A stretch of DNA of 64,000 nucleotides from a bacterium (GCA_034439755.1 JAWXAZ010000008.1:44797-108796); one strand, 5' to 3'; positions 39,146-48,372 are shown, counted from the stretch's first letter. Notes: generated by a model from the letters alone, not told the origin. Made by a program: numbers and translations.

Positions 39146-42100
39146 TTGAAAAGTAAGCCAACATATCATTTTTTATTGCAAGCACAAATACTGTTGCTTT
39201 ATGCTCTGTTGTTTGGAATGAAAGATTCTCATGCGAATTCTTTTCCTAAATCAGCCATACAATTTACGGAGAATTTAGGTCAATGGGAAAAGAATATTTT
39301 GTTTAAAGCAGATATTCCTATTGGCAACTTGTTTATTGAAAACAACACCCTTACTTATTTGTTTGTAGACAAAGAAGCAACACACCGCAAACAACATGGC
39401 GAGCAGGTTGATAAGGTTAGGTTTCATTCAGTGAAGGTTCATTTTAAAGGAGCAAATCCAAATCCCAAGGTTTTAAAAGACTTGAAAAGCTTGGAGTATT
39501 ATAACTTCTTTATTGGCGATCCTTCTACTTGGGCAAGCAATGTGTATGCTTATAAAAAAATCACTCTTAGCGAGATTTATCCAGGCACCGACATGGAAAT
39601 TTTGGCTCAGGCCGATGGTGTAAAAATAAACTTTGTATTGCAAGCAGGTGCCAATCCCAATAATATTAAATTGGTTTATGAAGGCGCTGATAAAATTTTT
39701 ATCAAGAAAAACTCCTTGCACATCGTAACCACTTTAGGTGAAATTATTGAGGAAAATCCGTTGAGTTATCAAGATAGAGAAAATGAGCAAGAAGTTATTC
39801 CTACTCAATTTATTTTAAAGGGCAACACAGTCCAATTGAGGCCATCAAAATACGATTCAAAGCTCCCAATTGTGATGGATCCTGCTGTTGTATTTGGGAC
39901 TTATATGGGAAGTGCCGCAGATAATTTTGGATTTGCTGCAAGCTATGATAAATATGGAAATGCTTATGGTGCGGGCACTGTTTATGCGGCAAATTTTCCA
40001 TTTACGACTGGAGCTTATGATGTTACTTTTAATGGGGGAAGCGGATTTAATGGAGAGTATGCGCGCGATGTATTCATTGCAAAATTTAATCCCTCTGGTA
40101 CAAGTCTTTTGTTTGGCACTTTTTTAGGGGGTTCAGACAACGAGCAACCTCATAGTGTAACGGTTGCCGCCGATTCAAGTAATACCTCCAACGACATTTT
40201 TATATTTGGCACCACAAATTCTGCCAACTTCCCGGTAACTAATTCTGCTTACGATAAAACGCACAATGGAAACTCAGACATCTTTATAATAAGGTTAAAT
40301 AATGCGGGGAATAACCTCCTTGCTTCTACCTTTATTGGTGGATCAGACGAAGATGGTATTAATGGGGATGCACACATGGGTTTTGTAACGCAAAGCCATC
40401 AATTGCCTTATAATTATGCCGATTGGTTTAGGGGAGAAATAATATTGGATATGTTGGGAAATGTGGTGGTTTCTACTTGTACAAAATCTATGCATACGCA
40501 AGGAATTCCCTTGGTAAATGCTTCGCAATCTATTTTTGGAGGCGGGTTACAAGATGGTTATTTAATTAAGATGAACGGCACTTTGAGTTCAATTTTGTTT
40601 AGCACTTTTATAGGCGGTAATGGAGATGAAACCGCTAATTCAGTTTGTATAAATAACCTTAACGAGATTTTAGTTGGAGGAGGAACAACTAGCAGCACCC
40701 TACAATTTGGAACCAGCTCGTTTCCTTATAGTGGTGGCGTAGACGGATTTATTGGAAAATATGGCAGCAATGGTGTAAAGCAAAAAGTAATATATACAGG
40801 TACTGGCAATTATGATCAAGTATTTTTTGTGCAAACCGACAACCAAAACAATGTCTTTGCCATGGGTCAAACTACAGGATCTATGCCTATGAGCACTGGA
40901 GTTTATGGCGTGCCTAATGGAAAACAATTTGTTCAGAAATTCAACAATAGCCTAAACACAAGAATGCTTTCTACTACCTTTGGAAAAGCAGGTACGATGC
41001 CTTCTCTATCGCCTTCTGCTTTCTTGGTAGATGTTTGCGGTAGAATATACGTAAGTGGTTGGGGAGGTGGCACAAATAGTTCGTACCACAATGGAATGGA
41101 CAATGTTTTTGGCATGGTAACAACGGCAGATGCCTTTCAAAAATCTACCGATGGATCAGATTTTTATTTGATGGTAATGGCTCCAGATTTCGGAAATTTG
41201 CTTTATGCTAGTTTTTATGGAGGCGGACAAAGTCAGGAACATGTTGATGGGGGTACCAGTCATTTTGATAAGTCGGGCGTGGTTTATCAGGCGGTGTGTG
41301 CAGGATGCGGGGGATTAAGTGACTTCCCTACTACGCCTACAGCTTATTCTCGCTTAAATCCAGGAAAGCGTGCATTCGACACCAATATTGGTGGCTGTAA
41401 CCTAGGTTTATTTAAATTCGACATGCGCACTTATATTAGTCCGCCAGTTTTTAAAGACACTGTTTTAATTGTTTTTGCGGGCAAAAATTTAAATTACATT
41501 TTTAACATAACCGATGCTGGTGGCGATAATTTAACGGTAACTTTTGATTCCGAAATCCTAACTCGAGCGGTTAATCCAGCCAAAATTACCATCACCGGAG
41601 ACAACCCTGGAATTATCACGGCTGTTTTGGATTGGAATACCCTCTGTTCCGATTTTGGACAAGACACTTTTGTAGTAGATTTAACCGTAAATGATGCTGC
41701 CTGCCCTATACCCAATGAGATTAGAGGCAAAATAAAAATTGTTCTCCGGTCTGATCCAATTGAACCGCCCTATCCCAATTGTATTAAGGTATTAGGTGAC
41801 CAAACTTTAGAATTAAAATGGCTCAATATTACTCCAAATTCTGATTTTTTAAATTATCAGATTTTCAGAAAAATAGAGCAAGGGAAGATGAAGTTATTTG
41901 ATTCGGTTTCGAACTTTAGCACCAGTATTTATACCGACACAAATGCCCCTTTTAATTTAGATTCAAATTATTGTTATCAATTTATAAGCCTAAATAGTTG
42001 TCGTTTGCAAGGAGATTCCTCTAGAGTAATATGTAGCTTGTTTAAAGGAGACAGTTTAGGTGCTAGTAGTTTTATAGGACTAGAAGATTTGTATGTAGAA

Positions 42101-43507
42101 TTGCACGCATACGATACTTTTTTTGCCAGCTATTTTATCAATGCGAAAGACCCATTAGACTCAGTTTTCATGAAGGTAAGTGGAGAATTTGTTGGAAATC
42201 CCGATGCCAGTATCAGCACAAAGGATGGGGTTGGACTTGGATTTTCAAGTTTAAGATGGATTCCAACCTGTAAAGATATTGGTTCAGACACCCAAGAATT
42301 TGTGATACAAGTAAGAGACAATACATGCCCTAATTTTAGAATTGGTTACAAGCATGTAAAATTCACTGTAATTCCGCAAGAACAAGCAGCGGCATCGACT
42401 GCATTTTGTCCCAAAAAATTAAGTCCAGATTCTATTTTGGTGGAATGGGGCGCATGGACAAAAAAGCCCTTAACCGAATTTTTGTATTTAATAAGATGGG
42501 AAAATGGTGTTGCAAATAATATAGCCAAAATTAGCGATTTAAGCAGCAGTTTTTTTGTAGACAAGTACTTGTTTAACTCAAGCAATAAGGTGTGTTATTC
42601 ATTAACCACTAGCGACTTTTGCAAATATTTTGGTGATACCAGTTTACCTTCTTGTATTAGAGGCAATGTGAGTTATGCGCCAAATTTAGGGATTTATACT
42701 GCTACAGTGGTGAACGATAAATCTGTTCAATTAGTTTGGGAAGCGGCAAAGCCAGATAGTTTTTGGCGATATGAGGTTTGGCGAAAAACGGGCAGATTTG
42801 GCAGCAGCTATGAAATGTTAAGCGAAAAAAGATTGTTAACAGATACTGTTTTTAATGATGTTGATGTTTTGGTTGACGAGCAAAGTTATTGTTATAAATT
42901 GGTGAATGTAGATTTGTGTGGCAGCCCTAGTGCAAATAACAAAGATGCTTGTACCATTCTGTTAAAAGGTCAGTCATTGCCATTTATTAACAAGGTAAAC
43001 TGGTTGCCATACGATTATTGGGAACTTGGAACCAACCGGTATGAATTGCTAAAAACTGAGCATAAAATCTATGAAGATGCTTTGTTTTATACAAAGACAG
43101 ACAAGCCCTTGTTGGCACAAGATGATAATTTGAATTACGATAATGGATTATATCAATATACCGTAGTTGCTTATGAAAACATATTTGGCAACAATCAAAC
43201 AAGTAAATCTAATACCATTGATTTGATTCAATTACCCTTGTTATATTGTCCAAATGCGTTTACAAAAAACGGGGATGGATTAAATGATCAATTCCTCACT
43301 ATGCCCGTATTTGTTAGAGATTTTCATTTGCAAATTTATAACCGATGGGGCGAGCGGATTTTTGAAACCCACGATAAAAAGCAAGGGTTCGACGGTACGT
43401 TTAAAGGCAATGAAATTAAAAGCGATGTGTATTTTTATATAGTGAATTACACTGGCTGGGACGAATCTCAAAACATTAAAAAGGGCAACTTTACCTTGCT
43501 GCGCTAA
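39146..43507 (+). CDS. giant secreted SBBP-repeat protein with T9SS type B (gliding-motility-associated C-terminal, CHU_C-like) domain
   Basis: 1453 aa. N-terminal region is paralogous to that of the 13130 gene. SBBP-like repeats (F.GGS..D....V..D). C-terminus CPNAFTKNGDGLNDQF...YFYIVNYTG. The start is an inferred TTG, so its position is uncertain. Confidence 0.8.
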   Translation: MKSKPTYHFLLQAQILLLYALLFGMKDSHANSFPKSAIQFTENLGQWEKNILFKADIPIGNLFIENNTLTYLFVDKEATHRKQHGEQVDKVRFHSVKVHFKGANPNPKVLKDLKSLEYYNFFIGDPSTWASNVYAYKKITLSEIYPGTDMEILAQADGVKINFVLQAGANPNNIKLVYEGADKIFIKKNSLHIVTTLGEIIEENPLSYQDRENEQEVIPTQFILKGNTVQLRPSKYDSKLPIVMDPAVVFGTYMGSAADNFGFAASYDKYGNAYGAGTVYAANFPFTTGAYDVTFNGGSGFNGEYARDVFIAKFNPSGTSLLFGTFLGGSDNEQPHSVTVAADSSNTSNDIFIFGTTNSANFPVTNSAYDKTHNGNSDIFIIRLNNAGNNLLASTFIGGSDEDGINGDAHMGFVTQSHQLPYNYADWFRGEIILDMLGNVVVSTCTKSMHTQGIPLVNASQSIFGGGLQDGYLIKMNGTLSSILFSTFIGGNGDETANSVCINNLNEILVGGGTTSSTLQFGTSSFPYSGGVDGFIGKYGSNGVKQKVIYTGTGNYDQVFFVQTDNQNNVFAMGQTTGSMPMSTGVYGVPNGKQFVQKFNNSLNTRMLSTTFGKAGTMPSLSPSAFLVDVCGRIYVSGWGGGTNSSYHNGMDNVFGMVTTADAFQKSTDGSDFYLMVMAPDFGNLLYASFYGGGQSQEHVDGGTSHFDKSGVVYQAVCAGCGGLSDFPTTPTAYSRLNPGKRAFDTNIGGCNLGLFKFDMRTYISPPVFKDTVLIVFAGKNLNYIFNITDAGGDNLTVTFDSEILTRAVNPAKITITGDNPGIITAVLDWNTLCSDFGQDTFVVDLTVNDAACPIPNEIRGKIKIVLRSDPIEPPYPNCIKVLGDQTLELKWLNITPNSDFLNYQIFRKIEQGKMKLFDSVSNFSTSIYTDTNAPFNLDSNYCYQFISLNSCRLQGDSSRVICSLFKGDSLGASSFIGLEDLYVELHAYDTFFASYFINAKDPLDSVFMKVSGEFVGNPDASISTKDGVGLGFSSLRWIPTCKDIGSDTQEFVIQVRDNTCPNFRIGYKHVKFTVIPQEQAAASTAFCPKKLSPDSILVEWGAWTKKPLTEFLYLIRWENGVANNIAKISDLSSSFFVDKYLFNSSNKVCYSLTTSDFCKYFGDTSLPSCIRGNVSYAPNLGIYTATVVNDKSVQLVWEAAKPDSFWRYEVWRKTGRFGSSYEMLSEKRLLTDTVFNDVDVLVDEQSYCYKLVNVDLCGSPSANNKDACTILLKGQSLPFINKVNWLPYDYWELGTNRYELLKTEHKIYEDALFYTKTDKPLLAQDDNLNYDNGLYQYTVVAYENIFGNNQTSKSNTIDLIQLPLLYCPNAFTKNGDGLNDQFLTMPVFVRDFHLQIYNRWGERIFETHDKKQGFDGTFKGNEIKSDVYFYIVNYTGWDESQNIKKGNFTLLR
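41748..41757 (+). repeat. over-represented motif copy (GGTCTGATCC)
   Basis: Exact copy; context TCTCCGGTCTGATCCAATTG. Inside the CDS, read as LRSDPI. Confidence 0.9.
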
Positions 43508-43560
43508 ATTATTTTTCCCATTGTAGGGTTTCAATTAGCTTTAGCATATCTAATTTTATA
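43487..43560. repeat. 74-bp tandem duplication, copy 1
   Basis: AACTTTACCTTGCTGCGCTAAATTATTTTTCCCATTGTAGGGTTTCAATTAGCTTTAGCATATCTAATTTTATA. Contains the functional 3' end and stop of the 39146 gene, plus an orphan copy of the gldD 3' end. Confidence 0.95.
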
Positions 43561-43634
43561 AACTTTACCTTGCTGCGCTAAATTATTTTTCCCATTGTAG
43601 TGTTTCAATTAGCTTTAGCATATCTAATTTTATA
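43561..43634. repeat. 74-bp tandem duplication, copy 2
   Basis: Identical to copy 1 except G to T at 43601 (TAGGGTTTC vs TAGTGTTTC). Contains the functional 3' end and stop of gldD, plus an orphan copy of the other gene's last 7 codons. Confidence 0.95.
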
Positions 43635-44158
43635 AACTTTAATACGGGTGCTAAAGAATCCTGGTTAGTTTTGCCATTAAAGTAAAGAGAGCCGCGTAAA
43701 AAATGGCTGGTACTATCTGTCACATAAAACTGCGCATTGGTGGCAGTGCTGCCATCTAATTCATAAAATATGCCTTGAAAATTATTGGTATTGATGTAAT
43801 TTTCTACGATTTGATCTGCACGCATCACATGCTTAAAAACCAATTCGCGCGAATCGTTTAACAACTTAAAAAGGTCGTTTCTATCCTTAATGTTTCTATA
43901 ACTTAAATGCAAGGTAGCGCCAAAAGGTTTATAATAAACATTGTACCAGCACTCTTCAGAATTTGGATAGGGATCTGGTTTTACCTCGGCATAATTGGGT
44001 ATTTCAAAGCTGTATTTACACGCACTTAAATTAAAGCGTGAATACGATTTTTGAGGGAAATCGATTCGTTGAAATCCCCTAGGGCGAGGCGTGGTTTGCT
44101 CTGAATCGCCACAAGAAATAAAGATGAATAGGATTAATATTAAACTAATAGACTTCAT
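43583..44158 (-). CDS. gldD: gliding motility lipoprotein GldD
   Basis: Lipoprotein signal LILFIFISCG. The PRPRGFQRIDFPQKSY segment is typical of GldD. Lies immediately downstream of, and overlaps by 14 nt, a GldE-type gene, as in Flavobacterium johnsoniae. Confidence 0.75.
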   Translation of the reverse strand: MKSISLILILFIFISCGDSEQTTPRPRGFQRIDFPQKSYSRFNLSACKYSFEIPNYAEVKPDPYPNSEECWYNVYYKPFGATLHLSYRNIKDRNDLFKLLNDSRELVFKHVMRADQIVENYINTNNFQGIFYELDGSTATNAQFYVTDSTSHFLRGSLYFNGKTNQDSLAPVLKFIKLDMLKLIETLQWEK

Positions 44159-45491
44159 TGTTCTTTGGCTCGTAGCTTACTTTTACACGTTTTATTTTGC
44201 GGGTATCAACCGATTCAATTTTAAACCGATACCGTTTGTACATGAATTCTTGTCCCATTTTAGGCAAGTGCGAGTTAAGTTCAAGCAACATGCCACCGAT
44301 GGTATCTGCGTCATTTCTAATTTCATCAAAATCTGTTGCATCTACCTCCATGTATTTGCACATATCGTTGATGAGCATTTTACCCTCAAAGACAAAAGTA
44401 TTGTCGTTAATTCTGGTATAAACGTGTTCATCCTCATCAAATTCATCTTGAATTTCGCCAAAAATCTCCTCCACAATATCCTCCATGCTCACCAATCCGC
44501 TTGTGCCACCAAACTCATCTACCACAACGGCTAAGTGCATCCTTTTGGTCTGAAACTCCTTTAATAAGTCGTCGATTTTCTTGCTCTCTGGCACAAAAAA
44601 CGCGGGACGTAAAAGGGATTGCCATTTAAAATTATCGTCATAATTTAAGAAAGGTAATAGATCTTTAGTAAATAAAATACCTTTAACCTGATCCAAGTTA
44701 TCTTCAAAAACCGGCACCCTGCTATATCCAGAATCCACAATTTGCAGCATCAAGTTTTTAAAATTGATGGCAAGGTCAACCCCTACTACATCTGGCCTCT
44801 GACGCATAATTTGCTTCACATTGGTATTTCCAAAGTTGACCACTCCTTTTAAGATGCTTTTTTCTTGTTTAGGCGCATCCTTTTCGGAAGTAATTTCGAT
44901 GGCATGAGTTAACTCATCCACCGATAGAATATGTCCCCTTTTTATAATGCGCTTATCAATGATGGTGGTACTTTGTTCCAACACATAAACCAAAGGCTGA
45001 AATATTTTGTAGGTATAAAATATAGGCACAGCCAGCAACCTAGAGATCTTCACATTGTTTTGAAAAGAGTAAACTTTAGGAATAACCTCACCAAACAAAA
45101 CCAACATAAAAGTAACCAATACCACTTCCACCAAAAAACCAATCAATGGAAAGGCTGCGAAGTTGAATATTGCTGCAAACAAAATGGTAGACACCAATAC
45201 AATGGCGATGTTTACAAAAGTATTGGCTATTAGGATGGTTGCCAATAAACGCTTGGGGTAACGCAATAAAAAATTGATTGCCGTTGCCCTAGAACCAGAG
45301 ACTTCAATTAATTCTTGCAATTGCGCTTTAGAGAGGGAAAACAGGGCGTTTTCTGACCCAGAATAGGCAGCAGATAAAACAATAAGAATTAAAATAATGA
45401 AAATATAAAAAAAGATACCGACCGAATCGGAGGTGCTGAGAGAAGCGTTGAAAATATGCAAAAATATGCTACCGGGAGGAGGTTCGTCCAT
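44145..45491 (-). CDS. gldE: gliding motility-associated protein GldE (DUF21/CNNM + CBS pair + CorC_HlyC)
   Basis: N-terminal four-helix DUF21 region, a CBS pair (IMRQRPDVVGVD..., VVDEFGGTSGLVSMEDIVEEI) and a CorC C-terminal domain. Synteny with gldD and ssb-mutY. Confidence 0.8.
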   Translation of the reverse strand: MDEPPPGSIFLHIFNASLSTSDSVGIFFYIFIILILIVLSAAYSGSENALFSLSKAQLQELIEVSGSRATAINFLLRYPKRLLATILIANTFVNIAIVLVSTILFAAIFNFAAFPLIGFLVEVVLVTFMLVLFGEVIPKVYSFQNNVKISRLLAVPIFYTYKIFQPLVYVLEQSTTIIDKRIIKRGHILSVDELTHAIEITSEKDAPKQEKSILKGVVNFGNTNVKQIMRQRPDVVGVDLAINFKNLMLQIVDSGYSRVPVFEDNLDQVKGILFTKDLLPFLNYDDNFKWQSLLRPAFFVPESKKIDDLLKEFQTKRMHLAVVVDEFGGTSGLVSMEDIVEEIFGEIQDEFDEDEHVYTRINDNTFVFEGKMLINDMCKYMEVDATDFDEIRNDADTIGGMLLELNSHLPKMGQEFMYKRYRFKIESVDTRKIKRVKVSYEPKNNEVY

Positions 45492-45593
45492 ATAAATTTA
45501 AACTTGATTTGCAACGAAGATATACATTATCAGTAACAAATAGAAAAAACGCATGTTGAATTTGTCCACTTATCCACATTTTTAATGCGCACT

Positions 45594-45968
45594 TTACCCC
45601 GTAATACCCTTGTCATCAGCAGGTTTTGTTGCTCCCAACAATTGAATCTGGTTTACCTTAATTGCTTTTCGCTTTTGCTCCACGCCCAATTTATCCCTAT
45701 AAATTTCGGTCCGTATTTTTCCCTCCACAAACACCTGCGTTCCTTTTATTAGCAAGCCTTTCAACTTCAACTGATCCACCATTTTTGCCAAAGAATCCCA
45801 AGCTTCAATAAAATGCCATTCGGTTTCCACCCTTCTCTCGCCATTTTTGTCGGAAAATTGCTCATGCGTAGCCATGGTAAAATGCGCCACCACCCTATTA
45901 TTTTCAAGGTATCGCACGCTTGGATCCTGACCTAAATTACCAATTAGCATTACTTTATTGAGACTCAT
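45594..45968 (-). CDS. ssb: single-stranded DNA-binding protein (short, without canonical acidic tip)
   Basis: OB-fold N-terminus MSLNKVMLIGNLGQDPSVRY. 124 aa. Ends in ...PADDKGITG rather than a D-D-(I/L)-P-F tip. Confidence 0.85.
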   Translation of the reverse strand: MSLNKVMLIGNLGQDPSVRYLENNRVVAHFTMATHEQFSDKNGERRVETEWHFIEAWDSLAKMVDQLKLKGLLIKGTQVFVEGKIRTEIYRDKLGVEQKRKAIKVNQIQLLGATKPADDKGITG

Positions 45969-45983
45969 TCCACAAATCTAATT

Positions 45984-47048
45984 CTAAAGCGGCACATCGC
46001 CCTCACTCGAATAAAGTAAATCAAAAAATTTCTCGGTGAGCCTAGAAATAGGCAAAGATTTGTACGAGCTTTTATCGAACCATTGCGCCTCAACCAGAGG
46101 CATTTCCTTTGAGTTCAAATCAATTTCAAAAAAACTGGCCTCAATTCTTTGGTGCGTTAAAATATGCTTTAAGTTGTACATTAATTTTGGTTTGTGTTTC
46201 GGTCTGAACCAAGGCTCAGTTAATAAAGAAACAGGTAATTTGGCTAAATTGAGCGGATTTTCGGTTTCATATAACGGCAGTTCGTATAAGTTTTGCCAAA
46301 TATCACCAGAAGGACGCTTAACAAAAGCAAATTGTTTGTTGACCTTTAAAAGAAAATAATTGAAATATCGCGTGGTAGGTGCTTTCTTTTTAATTTTACT
46401 TGGAAAATTTTCGGGATTGGAAATCAGAAAAGCCAAACAAGAAGCGCTTATTGGACAATCGACACAATTTGGTTTTGAGGGAGTGCAGACAAGTGAACCC
46501 AGTTCCATTAAAGCTTGGTTATGAATATCGGGCGATTTGTGGTTTAGGAAATCGGCAGCTAAATTGGAAAAGAGTTTTTTGCCAAGGCTTGAATTAATGG
46601 GTTCATTTTGGGCATAAAACCGCGATAACACCCTAAAAACATTGCCATCTAGCACGGCAACAGCCTCTTTAAAGGCAAAGCTAGCTATGGCTGCCGCAGT
46701 ATAAGACCCAATTCCTTTGAGTTGGATCAAACCGAAATAGTTGTTTGGAAATACCCCATTTAAATTTTCTGCGATGTATTTTGCGGTGTGGTGCATATTT
46801 CTGGCCCGACTATAATATCCCAAACCTTGCCACAATTTAAGCACATCCTCCTCGCTTGCTTTGGCTAAATCTTGGACCCGTGGATAAGTTTGTGCAAATT
46901 TTAGGAAATAGGGCATGCCTTGAGCAACACGTGTTTGTTGTAATATTACCTCCGAAAGCCATATTAAATAAGGGTCTTTGGTATTTCTCCAAGGTAGATC
47001 ACGCTTATTTATTTGGTACCAGTTTAAGAGCAGTTTTTGAGCATTCAT
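45984..47048 (-). CDS. mutY: A/G-specific adenine DNA glycosylase MutY
   Basis: ATG 47048 gives MNAQKLLLNWYQINKRDLPWR (the track ORF is 40 codons longer). HhH-GPD motif GIGSYTAAAI and Fe-S cluster loop CTPSKPNCVDCPISASC. NUDIX-like C-terminal domain. Confidence 0.9.
   Translation of the reverse strand: MNAQKLLLNWYQINKRDLPWRNTKDPYLIWLSEVILQQTRVAQGMPYFLKFAQTYPRVQDLAKASEEDVLKLWQGLGYYSRARNMHHTAKYIAENLNGVFPNNYFGLIQLKGIGSYTAAAIASFAFKEAVAVLDGNVFRVLSRFYAQNEPINSSLGKKLFSNLAADFLNHKSPDIHNQALMELGSLVCTPSKPNCVDCPISASCLAFLISNPENFPSKIKKKAPTTRYFNYFLLKVNKQFAFVKRPSGDIWQNLYELPLYETENPLNLAKLPVSLLTEPWFRPKHKPKLMYNLKHILTHQRIEASFFEIDLNSKEMPLVEAQWFDKSSYKSLPISRLTEKFFDLLYSSEGDVPL
46201..46210 (+). repeat. over-represented motif copy (GGTCTGAACC)
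   Basis: Exact copy; context GTTTCGGTCTGAACCAAGGC. Inside mutY, antisense to the coding strand (codons read PWFRPK). Confidence 0.9.
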
Positions 47049-47188
47049 GTAAGGTTTGCAATAAAAATGAATTATTTTAGAAAAAAAAGTACCTTTTTTC
47101 AGTTCTAATACATACATTTGCAACCCCTTACGAATGAGAAAGGTTCGTTTTAAACAAAAAAAAAACAATCATATAATACAGATTAACA

Positions 47189-47530
47189 ATGACTAAAGCA
47201 GAAATTATCCAAGAGATTTCACTTAAAACAGGTGTAGAGAAAAATCAAGTGCAAGAGGTAGTAGAATCATTTTTTAAGGTGGTTCGTAACAACATGACCG
47301 AAGGAAAAAATGTTTATTTCCGTGGATTTGGTTCATTTATCATTAAAAGAAGAGCTAAGAAAATTGCCCGCAATATTTCTAAAAATACGGCCATGGTAAT
47401 TGACGAGCATTATATCCCTTCGTTTAAGCCAGCTAAAACTTTTGTTGAGAAAATCAAGAAAAGCGAAGTGGTAAAAACAACAGCAGCTAAAAGAGAAGCT
47501 GAAGCTAAGCAAGCCTTAAAAGAAGCTTAA
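47189..47530 (+). CDS. HU/IHF-family DNA-binding protein
   Basis: MTKAEIIQEISLKTG...FRGFGSFIIKRRAKKIARNISKNTAMVIDEHYIPSFKPAK shows the characteristic HU arm. Divergent from mutY. Confidence 0.88.
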   Translation: MTKAEIIQEISLKTGVEKNQVQEVVESFFKVVRNNMTEGKNVYFRGFGSFIIKRRAKKIARNISKNTAMVIDEHYIPSFKPAKTFVEKIKKSEVVKTTAAKREAEAKQALKEA

Positions 47531-48372
47531 TGCAATTTAACAAAGCCCAAATAATTATTGTTGCGGTGCTGCTAAGCATGGTGGGGTTGTTGGTTTATTT
47601 AAACTTTAAATCAAGCACCTCTGATGTGCTTCCTACGCCTTCTACTGCGGCAAATTTGCCAGTTCGTAGTTTCGATTTCAATGATTACTTGAGTGGATTA
47701 AAAGATTCTGTATCTGCAGCTACCTGGGACGATTTGGGAGAGAAGACAAAACTTGCAAGTTCGCCAGAAGCTAGAATATATGAGATTGCTGCCTTATCTA
47801 GTGCTTGGGATTCCCTTGGATTTAAATTGGTGGGTGCACATTATTTTAACAAAGTTGCAGAAAAAATAAACGACGAGAATTCATGGTACAATGCTGGTTT
47901 CAGGTTCTACGAATTTGCGGCCACATGTGAAGATACTGCCATGCAAATTTATGCTTCTAAGGAGGCTGTTATTGCATTTGAAAAAGTAGTAGCTTTAAAT
48001 GAAAATAATTTAGAGGCCAAGAATGCATTAGCAATTTGCTATATACAAAACGAGCTCGACATTATGAAAGGCGTTCAAACCTTAAAGGACATTACCCGAA
48101 GAGATTCAAATAACATTGAAGCTAATTACACTTTAGGCATGTTATCTATGCGCAGCAATCAAATAGATAAAGCTGCGGCTAGATTTGAGACTTTGGTTCG
48201 CATACAACCCATGAATCCCGAATTTCATTATTACCTGGGCGAAGCTTACAGTGAGCTAGGCAGGAAAAATGAAGCCATAAAAGCATTTGAGACCTTTAAA
48301 GGACTAGTTCCTGATGAGGAAGCAAAGAAAAATATAGAGATTACAATTAATAACCTTAAAAATTCCAATTAA
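47530..48372 (+). CDS. membrane-anchored TPR-repeat protein
   Basis: TAATG overlap with the HU gene. One N-terminal transmembrane helix, then TPR repeats (EANYTLGMLSMRSNQIDKAAARFETLVRIQPMNPEFHYYLGEAYSELGRKNEAIKAFE). Confidence 0.8.
   Translation: MQFNKAQIIIVAVLLSMVGLLVYLNFKSSTSDVLPTPSTAANLPVRSFDFNDYLSGLKDSVSAATWDDLGEKTKLASSPEARIYEIAALSSAWDSLGFKLVGAHYFNKVAEKINDENSWYNAGFRFYEFAATCEDTAMQIYASKEAVIAFEKVVALNENNLEAKNALAICYIQNELDIMKGVQTLKDITRRDSNNIEANYTLGMLSMRSNQIDKAAARFETLVRIQPMNPEFHYYLGEAYSELGRKNEAIKAFETFKGLVPDEEAKKNIEITINNLKNSN

Noticed and set aside
40130-42290. The idea that the motif is only a by-product of Gly-Ser-Asp (GGT TCA GAC) codons in SBBP repeats.
   Set aside because: That explains at most the near-copies at 40130, 40340 and 42281. 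Exact copies occur in at least five of the six possible frames, in 11 unrelated genes and in 5 spacers.
43280-43534. 84-aa minus-strand ORF spanning the end of the 39146 gene and duplication copy 1.
   Set aside because: It exists only because copy 1 carries an orphan gldD tail fused to antisense sequence of the giant gene. It has no independent coding evidence.
44091-45233. Plus-strand ORFs 44091-44534 (147 aa), 44197-44421 and 44931-45233 (100 aa).
   Set aside because: They are antisense to gldD/gldE, which have strong family signatures. They are typical AT-rich shadow ORFs.
1236-47168. N-terminal extensions in the ORF track that use upstream TTG, GTG or ATG codons (1236, 3170, 18497, 21718, 27774, 33918, 34807, 37567, 47168, 48575).
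   Set aside because: In each case a downstream ATG (GTG for rng) yields a canonical family N-terminus or a proper signal peptide. The extension adds non-conserved residues.
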